In this document: positions 1 through 11,575 of the stretch, one piece after another
Layout of the letters: every line of letters begins with the position of its first letter
How positions within the stretch are numbered: the stretch's first letter is position 1
Source: Eledone cirrhosa
Taxonomy: Eukaryota
Direction of reading: 5' to 3'
Assembly: GCA_964016885.1 (NCBI GenBank)
Contig: OZ024741.1
Location: 408,890,001 to 408,954,000 of the forward strand
DNA length: 64,000 bases
Made by a program: the position numbers and the translations under genes
Notes under the pieces: generated by a model
What the model was told of the DNA's origin: nothing
What the model saw: the letters and a program-made list of their open reading frames with translations, nothing else
Database searches by the model: none

Positions 1-3000
1 AAGGAAGACTGTGTACCTATTTTAAAAGGAAGACTGTACCTATTTTAAAAGGAAGACTGTGTACCTATTTTAAAAGGAAGACTGTACCTATTTTAAAAGG
101 GAGACAGTGTACCTATTTTAAAAGGAAGACTGTGTACCTATTTTAAAAGGAAGACTGTACCTATTTTAAAAGGAAGACTACCTATTTTAAAATAAGACTG
201 TGTACCTATTTTAAAAGGAAGACTGTACCTATTTTAAAAGGGAGACTGTACATATTTTCAAAGGGAGACTGTACCTATTTTAAAAGGAAGACTGTGTACC
301 TATTTTAAAAGGAAGACTGTGTACCTATTTTAAAAGGGAGACTGTACCTATTTTAAAAGTAAGACTGTACCCATTTTAAAAGGAAGACTGTGTACCTATT
401 TTAAAAGGGAGACTCTACCTATTTTAAAAGGAAGACTGTGTACCTATTTTAAAAGGAAGACTGTACCTATTTTAAAAGGAAGACTGTGTACCTATTTTAA
501 AAGGGAGACTATGTACCTATTTTAAAAGGAAGACTGTACCTATTTTAAAAGGAAGACTGTGTACCTATTTTAAAAGGAAGATTGTACCTATTTTAAAAGG
601 AAGACTGTACCTATTTTAAAAGGAAGACTGTACCTATTTTAAAAGGAAGACTGCGTACCTCTTTTAAAAGGGAGACTGTACCTATTTAAAAACGAACACT
701 GTACCTATTTTAAAAGGAAGACTGTGTACCTATTTTAAAAGGGAGACTATGTACCTATTTTAACTGGAAGACTGTGTACCTATTTTAAAAGGAAGATTGT
801 ACCTATTTTAAAAGGAAGATTGTACCTATTTAAAAAAAAAGACTGTGTACCTATTTTAAAAGGAAGACCGTGTACATATTTTAAAAGGAAGACTGTACCT
901 ATTTTAAAAAAGAGACTGTGTGCCTATTTTAAAAGGGAGACCGTGTACCTATTTTAAAAGGGAGACTGTACATATTTTAAAAGGAAGACTGTGTACCTAT
1001 TTTAAAAGGGAGAATGTGTACCTATTTTAAAAGGGAGACTGTGTACCTATTTTAAAAGAAAGACTGTACGTCTTTGAAAAGCGAGACTGTGTAACTATTT
1101 AAAAAAAAAGACTGTATCTATTTTAAAAGGAAGACTGTACCTATTTAAAAAAAAAGGATTTTGTACCTATTTTAAAAGGAAGACTGTACCTATTTTAAAA
1201 GGAAGACTGTACCTATTTTAAAAGGAAGACTGTGTACCTATTTTAAAAGGAAGACTGTGTACCTATTTTAAAAGGGAGACTCTACCTATTTTAAAAGGAA
1301 GACTGTACCTATTTTAAAAGGAAGAATGTGTACCTATTTTAAAAGCGAGACTGTACTTATTTTAAAAGGAACACTGTACCTATTTTAAAAGGAAGATTGT
1401 GTACCTATTTTAAAAGGAAGACTGTACCTATTTTAAAAGGAAGACTGTGTACCTATTTTAAAAGGGAGACTGTGTACCTATTTTAAAAGGAAGACTGTAC
1501 CTATTTTAAAAGGAAGACAACCTATTTTAAAATAAGTCTGTGTACCTATTTTAAAAGGAAGACTGTACTTATTTTAAAAGGGAGACTGTACCTATTTTAA
1601 AAGGAAGACTGTACCTATTTTAAAAGGAAGACTGTGTACCTATTTTAAAAGGAAGACTGTACCTATTTTAAAAGGGAGACTGTGTACCTATTTTAAAACA
1701 AAGAATGTACCTATTTTAAAAGGAAGACTGTACCTATTTTAAAAGGAAGACTGTACCTATTTTAAAAGGAAGACTGCGTACCTATTTTAAAAGGGAGACT
1801 GTACCTATTTAAAAAGGAACACTGTACCTATTTTAAAAGGAGGACTGTGTACCTATTTTAAAAGGGAGACTATGTACCTATCTTAAAAGGAAGACTGTAC
1901 CTATTTTAAAAGGAAGACTGTGTACCTATTTTAAAAGGAAGACTGTACCTATTTTAAAAGGAAGACTACCTGTTTTAAAATAAGACTGTGTACCTATTTT
2001 AAAAGGGAGACTGTACATATTTTAAAAGGGAGACTGTACCTATTTTAAAAGGAAGACTGTGTACCTATTTTAAAAGGAAGACTGTGTACCTATTTTAAAA
2101 GGAAGACTGTACCTATTTTAAAAGGAAGACTGTACCTATTTTAAAAGGAAGACTGCGTACCTATTTTAAAAGGGAGACTATGTACCTATTTTAAAAGGAA
2201 GTATGTACCTATTTTAAAAGGAAGACTGTGTACCTATTTTAAAAGGAAGATTGTACCTATTTTAAAAGGAAGACTGTACCTATTTAAAAAAAGACTGTGT
2301 ACCTATTTTAAAAGGAAGACCGTGTACGTATTTTAAAAGGAAGACTGTACCTATTTTAAAAAAGAGACTGTGTGCCTATTTTAAAAGGGAGACCGTGTAC
2401 CTATTTTAAAAGGGAGACTGTACATATTTTAAAAGGAAGACTGTGTACCTATTTTAGAAGGAAGAATGTACCTATTTTAAAAGGAAGACTGTGTACCTAA
2501 TTTAAAAGGAAGACTGTGTACCTATTTTAAAAGGGAGAATGTGTACCTATTTCAAAAGGAAGACTGTACCTATTTTAAAAGGAAGACTGTGTACCTATTT
2601 TAAAAGGGAGACTATGTACCTATTTTAAAAGGAAGACTGTACCTATTTTAAAAGGAAGACTGCGTACCTATTTTAAAAGGAAGACTGTGTACCTATTTTA
2701 AAAGGGAGACTATGTACCTATTTTAAATGGAAGACTGTGTACCTATTTTAAAAGGAAGATTGTACCTATTTTAAAAGGAAGACTGTACCTATTTAAAAAA
2801 AAGACTGTGTACCTATTTTAAAAGGAAGACCGTGTACATATTTTAAAAGGAAGACTGTACCTATTTTAAAAAAGAGACTGTGTGCCTATTTTAAAAGGGA
2901 GACCGTGTACCTATTTTAAAAGGGAGACTGTACCTATTTTAAAAGGAAGACTGTGTACCTATTTTAAAAGGGAGAATGTGTACCTATTTTAAAAGGGAGA

Positions 3001-3907
3001 CTGTGTACCTATTTTAAAAGAAAGACTGTACGTCTTTGAAAAGCGAGACTGTGTAACTATTTAAAAAAAAAGACTGTATCTATTTTAAAAGGAAGACTGT
3101 ACCTATTTAAAAAAAAAGGATTTTGTACCTATTTTAAAAGGAAGACTGTACCTATTTTAAAAGGAAGACTGTACCTATTTTAAATGGAAGACTGTGTACC
3201 TATTTTAAAAGGAAGACTGTGTACCTATTTTAAAAGGGAGACTATGTACCTATTTTAAAAGGAAGACTGTACCTATTTTAAAAGGAAGACTGTGTACCTA
3301 TTTTAAAAGGAAGATTGTACCTATTTTAAAAGGAAGACTGTACCTATTTTAAAAGGAAGACTGTGTACCTATTTTAAAAGGAAGACTGTACCTATTTTAA
3401 AAGGGAGACTGTGTACCTATTTTAAAACAAAGAATGTACCTATTTTAAAAGGAAGACTGTACCTATTTTAAAAGGAAGACTGTGTACCTATTTTAAAAGG
3501 AAGACTTACCTATTTTAAAAGGGAGACTGTGTACCTATTTTAAAACAAAGAATGTACCTATTTTAAAAGGAAGACTCTACCTATTTTAAAAGGAAGACTG
3601 TACCTATTTTAAAAGGAAGACTGCGTACCTATTTTAAAAGGGAGACTGTACCTATTTAAAAAGGAACACTGTACCTATTTTAAAAGGAGGACTGTGTACC
3701 TATTTTAAAAGGGAGACTATGTACCTATCTTAAAAGGAAGACTGTACCTATTTTAAAAGGAAGACTGTGTACCTATTTTAAAAGGAAGACTGTACCTATT
3801 TTAAAAGGAAGACTACCTATTTTAAAATAAGACTGTGTACCTATTTTAAAAGGGAGACTGTACCTATTTTAAAAGGAAGACTGTACCTATTTTAAAAGGA
3901 AGACTGC

Positions 3908-6900
3908 GTACCTATTTTAAAAGGGAGACTATGTACCTATTTTAAAAGGAAGAATGTACCTATTTTAAAAGGGAGACTGTGTACCTATTTTAAAAGGAAG
4001 ACTGTGTACCTAATTTAAAAGGAAGACTGTGTACCTATTTTAAAAGGGAGAATGTGTACCTATTTTAAAAGGGAGACTGTGTACCTATTTTAAAAGAAAG
4101 ACTGTACGTCTTTGAAAAGCGAGACTGTGTACCTATTTAAAAAAAAAGACTGTATCTATTTTAAAAGGAAGACTGTACCTATTTAAAAAAAGGATTGTGT
4201 ACCTATTTTAAAAGGAAGACTGTACCTATTTTAAAAGGAAGACTGTACGTATTTTAAAAGGAAGACTGTGTACCTACTTTAAAAGGAAGACTGTGTACCT
4301 ATTTTAAAAGGGAGACTGTACCTATTTTAAAAGGAAGACTGTACCTATTTTAAAAGGAAGACTGTGTACCTATTTTAAAAGCGAGACTGTACTTATATTA
4401 AAAGGAACACTGTACCTATTTTAAAAGGAAGATTGTGTACCTATTTTAAAAGGAAGACTGTGTACCTATTTTAAAAGGAAGACTGTACCTATTTTAAAAG
4501 GAAGACAACCTATTTTAAAATAAGTCTGTGTACCTATTTTAAAAGGAAGACTGTACCTATTTTAAAAGGGAGACTGTACCTATTTTAAAAGGGAGACTGT
4601 ACCTATTTTAAAAGAAAGACTGTGTTTCCTATTTTAAAAGAAAGACTGTGTACCAATTTTAAAAGGGAGACTGTACCTATTTTAAAAGTAAGACTGTACC
4701 CATTTTAAAAGGAAGACTGTGTACCTATTTTAAAAGGGAGACTCTACCTATTTTAAAAGGAAGACTGTGTACCTATTTTAAGAGGGAGACTGTACCTATT
4801 TTAAAAGGAAAACTGTACCTATTTTAAAAGGAAGATTGTGTACCTATTTTAAAAGGAAGACTGTGTACCTATTTTAAAAGGAAGACTGTACCTATTTTAA
4901 AAGGAAGACTGTGTACCTATTTTAAAAGGAAGACTGTACCTATTTTAAAAGGGAGACCGTGTACCTATTTTAAAAGGGAGACTGTACATATTTTAAAAGG
5001 AAGACTGTGTACCTATTTTATAAGGAAGAATGTACCTATTTTAAAAGGAAGACTGTGTACCTAATTTAAAAGGAAGACTGTGTACCTATTTTAAAAGGGA
5101 GAATGTGTACCTATTTTAAAAGGAAGACTGTGTACCTATTTTAAAAGGAAGACTGTACCTATTTTAAAAGGAAGACTACCTATTTTAAAATAAGACTGTG
5201 TACCTATTTTAAAAGGAAGACTGTACCTATTTTAAAAGGGAGACTGTACATATTTTAAAAGGGAGACTGTACCTATTTTAAAAGGAAGACCGTGTACCTA
5301 TTTTAAAAGGAAGACTGTGTACCTATTTTAAAAGGGAGACTGTACCTATTCTAAAAGGAAGACTGTACCTATTTTAAAAGGAAGACTGTGTACCTATTTT
5401 AAAAGGGAGACTGTACCTATTTTAAAAGGAAGACTGTGTACCTATTTTAAAAGGAAGACTGTACCTATTTTAAAAGGGAGACTGTGTACCTATTTTAAAA
5501 GAAAGACTGTACCTATTTTAAAAGGAAGACTGTACCTATTTTAAAAGGAAGACTGTACCTATTTTAAAAGGAAGACTGCGTACCTATTTTAAAAGGGAGA
5601 CTGTACCTATTTAAAAAGGAACACTGTACCTATTTTAAAAGGAGGACTGTGTACCTATTTTAAAAGGGAGACTATGTACCTATCTTAAAAGGAAGACTGT
5701 ACCTATTTTAAAAGGAAGACTGTGTACCTATTTTAAAAGGAAGATTGTACCTATTTTAAAAGGAAGACTGTACCTATTTAAAAAAAAGATTGTGTACCTA
5801 TTTTAAAAGGAAGACCGAGTACATATTTTAAAAGGAAGACTGTACCTATTTTAAAAAAGAGACTGTGTGCCTATTTTAAAAGGGAGACCGTGTACCTATT
5901 TTAAAAGGGAGACTGTACATATTTTAAAAGGAAGACTGTGTACCTATTTTATAAGGAAGAATGTACCTATTTTAAAAGGGAGACTGTGTACCTATTTTAA
6001 AAGGAAGACTCTGTACCTAATTTAAAAGGAAGACTGTGTACCTATTTTAAAAGGGATAATGTGTACCTATTTTAAAAGGGAGACTGTGTACCTATTTTAA
6101 AAGAAAGACTGTACGTCTTTTAAAAGCGAGACTGTGTACCTATTTAAAAAAAAAGACTGTATCTATTTTAAAAGGAAGACTGTACCTATTTAAAAAAAAG
6201 GATTGTGTACCAATTTTAAAAGGAAGACTCTACCTATTTTAAAAGGAAGACTGTGTACCTATTTTAAAAGGAAGACTGTACCTATTTTAAAAGGGAGACT
6301 GTGTACCTATCTTAAAAGGAAGACTGTACCTATTTTAAAAGGAAGACTGTACCTATTTTAAAAGGAAGACTGTGTACCTATTTTAAAAGGAAGACTGTAC
6401 CTATTTTAAAAGGGAGACTGTGTACCTATTTTAAAAGGAAGAATGTAGCTATTTCAAAAGGCAGACTGTACCTATTTTAAAAGGAAGACTGTACCTATTT
6501 TAAAAGGAAGACTGCGTACCTATTTTAAAAGGGAGACTGTACCTATTTAAAAACGAACACTGTACCTATTTTAAAAGGAAGACTGTGTACCTATTTTAAA
6601 AGGGAGACTATGTACCTTTTTTTAAATGGAAGACTGTGTACCTATTTTAAAAGGAAGATTGTACCTATTTTAAAAGGAAGACTGTACCTATTTAAAAAAA
6701 AAGACTGTGTGCCTATTTTAAAAGGGAGACCGTGTACCTATTTTAAAAGGGAGACTGTACATATTTTAAAAGGAAGACTGTGTACCTATTTTAAAAGGGA
6801 GAATGTGTACCTATTTTAAAAAAGAGACTGTGTACCTATTTTAAAAGAAAGACTGTACGTCTTTGAAAAGCGAGACTGTGTAACTATTTAAAAAAAAAGA

Positions 6901-9900
6901 CTGTACCTATTTTAAAAGGAAGACTGTACCTATTTTAAAAGGAAGACTGTACCTATTTTAAAAGGAAGACTGTGTACCTATTTTAAAAGGAAGACTGTGT
7001 ACCTATTTTAAAAGGGAGACTGTACCTATTTTAAAAGGAAGACTGTACCTATTTTAAAAGGAAGAATGTGTACCTATTTTAAAAGCGAGACTGTACTTAT
7101 TTTAAAAGGAACACTGTACCTATTTTAAAAGGAAGATTGTGTACCTATTTTAAAAGGAAGACTGTACCTATTTTAAAAGGAAGACTGTGTACCTATTTTA
7201 AAAGGGAGACTGTGTACCTATTTTAAAAGGAAGACTGTACCTATTTTAAAAGGAAGACAACCTATTTTAAAATAAGTCTGTGTACCTATTTTAAAAGGAA
7301 GACTGTACCTATTTTAAAAGGGAGACTGTACCTATTTTAAAAGGGAGACTGTACCTATTTTAAAAGAAAGACTGTGTTTCCTATTTTAAAAGGAAGATTG
7401 TACCTATTTTAAAAGGAAGACTGTACCTATTTTAAAAGGAAGACTGTGTACCTATTTTAAAAGGAAGACTGTACCTATTTTAAAAGGGAGACTGTGTACC
7501 TATTTTAAAACAAAGAATGTACCTATTTTAAAAGGAAGACTGTACCTATTTTAAAAGGAAGACTGTACCTATTTTAAAAGGAAGACTGCGTACCTATTTT
7601 AAAAGGGAGACTGTACCTATTTAAAAAGGAACACTGTACCTATTTTAAAAGGAGGACTGTGTACCTATTTTAAAAGGGAGACTATGTACCTATCTTAAAA
7701 GGAAGACTGTACCTATTTTAAAAGGAAGACTGTGTACCTATTTTAAAAGGAAGACTGTACCTATTTTAAAAGGAAGACTACCTGTTTTAAAATAAGACTG
7801 TGTACCTATTTTAAAAGGGAGACTGTACATATTTTAAAAGGGAGACTGTACCTATTTTAAAAGGAAGACTGTGTAACTATTTTAAAAGGAAGACTATACC
7901 TATTTTAAAAGGAAGACTGTACCTATTTTAAAAGGAAGACTGCGTACCTATTTTAAAAGGGAGACTATGTACCTATTTTAAAAGGAAGAATGTACCTATT
8001 TTAAAAGGAAGACTGTGTACCTATTTTAAAAGGAAGATTGTACCTATTTTAAAAGGAAGACTGTACCTATTTAAAAAAAGACTGTGTACCTATTTTAAAA
8101 GGAAGACCGTGTACGTATTTTAAAAGGAAGACTGTACCTATTTTAAAAAAGAGACTGTGTGCCTATTTTAAAAGGGAGACCGTGTACCTATTTTGAAAGG
8201 GAGACTGTACATATTTTAAAAGGAAGACTGTGTACCTATTTTATAAGGAAGAATGTACCTATTTTAAAAGGAAGACTGTGTACCTAATTTAAAAGGAAGA
8301 CTGTGTACCTATTTTAAAAGGGAGAATGTGTACCTATTTTAAAAGGAAGACTGTACCTATTTTAAAAGGAAGACTGTGTACCTATTTTAAAAGGGAGACT
8401 ATGTACCTATTTTAAAAGGAAGACTGTACCTATTTTAAAAGGAAGACTGCGTACCTATTTTAAAAGGGAGACTGTACCTATTTAAAAAGGAACACTGTAC
8501 CTATTTTAAAAGGAGGACTATGTACCTATTTTAAAAGGGAGACTATGTACCTATTTTAAAAGGAAGACTGTACCTATTTTAAAAGGAAGACTGTGTACCT
8601 ATTTTAAAAGGAAGATTGTACCTATTTTAAAAGGAAGACTGTACCTATTTAAAAAAAGACTGTGTACCTATTTTAAAAGGAAGACCGTGTACATATTTTA
8701 AAAGGAAGACTGTACCTATTTTAAAAAAGAGACTGTGTGCCTATTTTAAAAGGGAGACCGTGTACCTATTTTAAAAGGGAGACTGTACATATTTTAAAAG
8801 GAAGACTGTGTACCTATTTTATAAGGAAGAATGTACCTATTTTAAAAGGAAGACTGTGTACCTAATTTAAAAGGAAGACTGTGTACCTATTTTAAAAGGG
8901 AGAATGTGTACCTATTTTAAAAGGAAGACTGTGTACCTATTTTAAAAGGAAGACTGTACCTATTTTAAAAGGAAGACTACCTATTTTAAAATAAGACTGT
9001 GTACCTATTTTAAAAGGAAGACTGTACCTATTTTAAAAGGGAGACTGTACATATTTTAAAAGGGAGACTGTACCTATTTTAAAAGGAAGACCGTGTACCT
9101 ATTTTAAAAGGAAGACTGTGTACCTATTTTAAAAGGGAGACTGTACCTATTCTAAAAGGAAGACTGTACCTATTTTAAAAGGAAGACTGTGTACCTATTT
9201 TAAAAGGGAGACTGTACCTATTTTAAAAGGAAGACTGTGTACCTATTTTAAAAGGAAGACTGTACCTATTTTAAAAGGGAGACTGTGTACCTATTTTAAA
9301 AGGAAGACTGTACCTATTTTAAAAGGAAGACTGTGCCTATTTTAAAAGGAAGACTGTACCTATTTTAAAAGGAAGACTGCGTACCTATTTTAAAAGGGAG
9401 ACTGTACCTATTTAAAAAAGAACACTGTACCTATTTTAAAAGGAGGACTGTGTACCTATTTTAAAAGGGAGACTATGTACCTATCTTAAAAGGAAGACTG
9501 TACCTATTTTAAAAGGAAGACTGTGTACCTATTTTAAAAGGAAGATTGTACCTATTTTAAAAGGAAGACTGTACCTATTTAAAAAAAAGATTGTGTACCT
9601 ATTTTAAAAGGAAGACCGAGTACATATTTTAAAAGGAAGACTGTACCTATTTTAAAAAAGAGACTGTGTGCCTATTTTAAAAGGGAGACCGTGTACCTAT
9701 TTTAAAAGGGAGACTGTACATATTTTAAAAGGAAGACTGTGTACCTATTTTATAAGGAAGAATGTACCTATTTTAAAAGGGAGACTGTGTACCTATTTTA
9801 AAAGGAAGACTCTGTACCTAATTTAAAAGGAAGACTGTGTACCTATTTTAAAAGGGAGAATGTGTACCTATTTTAAAAGGGAGACTGTGTACCTATTTTA

Positions 9901-11575
9901 AAAGAAAGACTGTACGTCTTTTAAAAGCGAGACTGTGTACCTATTTAAAAAAAAAGACTGTATCTATTTTAAAAGGAAGACTGTACCTATTTAAAAAAAA
10001 GGATTGTGTACCAATTTTAAAAGGAAGACTCTACCTATTTTAAAAGGAAGACTGTGTACCTATTTTAAAAGGAAGACTGTACCTATTTTAAAAGGGAGAC
10101 TGTGTACCTATCTTAAAAGGAAGACTGTACCTATTTTAAAAGGAAGACTGTACCTATTTTAAAAGGAAGACTGTGTACCTATTTTAAAAGGAAGACTGTA
10201 CCTATTTTAAAAGGAAGCCTGTGTACCTATTTTAAAAGGAAGACTGTGTACCTATTTTAAAAGGAAGACTGTACCTATTTTAAAAGGAAGACTGTGTACC
10301 TATTTTAAAAGGGAGACTATGTACCTATTTTAAAAGGTAGACTGTACCTATTTTAAAAGGAAGACTGTGTACCTATTTTAAAAGGAAGATTGTACCTATT
10401 TTAAAAGGAAGACTGTACCTATTTTAAAAGGAAGACTGTACCTATTTTAAAAGGAAGACTGTGTACTTATTTTAAAAGGAAGTCTGTGTACCTATTTTAA
10501 AAGGGAGACTGTGTACCTATTTTAAAAGGAAGTCTGTGTACCTATTTTAAAAGGGAGGCTGTGTACCTATTTTAAAAGGAAGACTGTACCTATTTTAAAA
10601 GGAAGACTGTGTACTTATTTTAAAAGGAAGTCTGTGTACCTATTTTAAAAGGGAGACTGTGTACCTATTTTAAAAGGAAGTCTGTGTACCTATTTTAAAA
10701 GGGAGACTGTGTACCTATTTTAAAAGGAAGACTGTACCTATTTTAAAAGGGAGACTGTTTAATTATTTTAAAAGGGAGACTGTGTACCTCTTTTAAAAGG
10801 AAGACTGTACCTATTTTAAAAGGGAGACTCTGTACCTCTTTTAAAAGGAAGACTGTACCTATTTTAAAAGAAGGACTGTACCTACATTAAAAGGAAGACT
10901 GTGTACCTATTTTAAAAGGAAGCCTGTGTACTTATTTTAAAAGGAAGACTGTGTACCTATTTTAAAAGGCAGACTGTGTACCTATTTTAAAAGGAAGATT
11001 GTACCTATTTTAAAAGGAAGACTCTACCTATTTTAAAAGGAAGACTGTGTACCTATTTTAAAAGGAAGAATGTACCTATTTTAAAAGGAAGACTGTGTAC
11101 CTATTTTAAAAGGAAGTCTGTGTACCTATTTTAAAAGGGAGACTATGTACCTATTTTAAAAGGAAGTCTGTGTACCTATTTTAAAAGGAAGACTGTACCT
11201 ATTTTAAAAAAGAGACTGTGTACCTATTTTAAAAGGAAGACTGTACCTATTTTAAAAGGTAGACTGTGTACCTATTTTAAAAGGAAGACTGTGTACCTAT
11301 TTTAAAAGTGAGACTGTACCTATTTTAAAAGGAAGACTGTACCTATTTTAAAAGGAAGACTGTGTACCTATTTTAAAAGGGAGACTGTACCTATTTTAAA
11401 AGGAAGACTGTACCTATTTTAAAAAAGAGACTGTGTACCTATTTTAAAAGGAAGACTGTACCTATTTTAAAAGGGAGACTGTCTACCTATTTTAAAAGGA
11501 AGACTGTGTACCTATTTTAAAAGGAAGACTGTACCTATTTTAAAAGGAAGACTACCTATTTTAAAATAAGACTGT
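3908..11575 (+). repeat. Copy 1 of a 7,668-bp tandem segmental duplication within the satellite
   Basis: Identical ORF translations at 6610 and 14278 (offset 7668). Rare variants recur at that offset, e.g. GGGATAATG ~6053/13721, GACTGTTTAATTA ~10753/18421 and CCTACATTAAAA ~10881/18549. The match breaks at 3907 (C) vs 11575 (T). Confidence 0.93.
4955..10215 (+). repeat. Older dispersed duplication of ~1.45 kb inside the 7.67-kb unit (~4955-6415 and ~8756-10215, offset 3801)
   Basis: Shared rare variants TATTCTAAAA (C at 5351/9152) and AAGACCGAGT (5811/9612). A few substitutions differ, e.g. GGGATAATG vs GGGAGAATG. Confidence 0.85.

Noticed and set aside
826-845. A7-A10 runs as poly(A) retro-insertion tails or terminators
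   Set aside because: They arise within monomers by T>A and GG>AA changes plus slippage, with the monomer register preserved. No inserted sequence or GC-rich stem is present.
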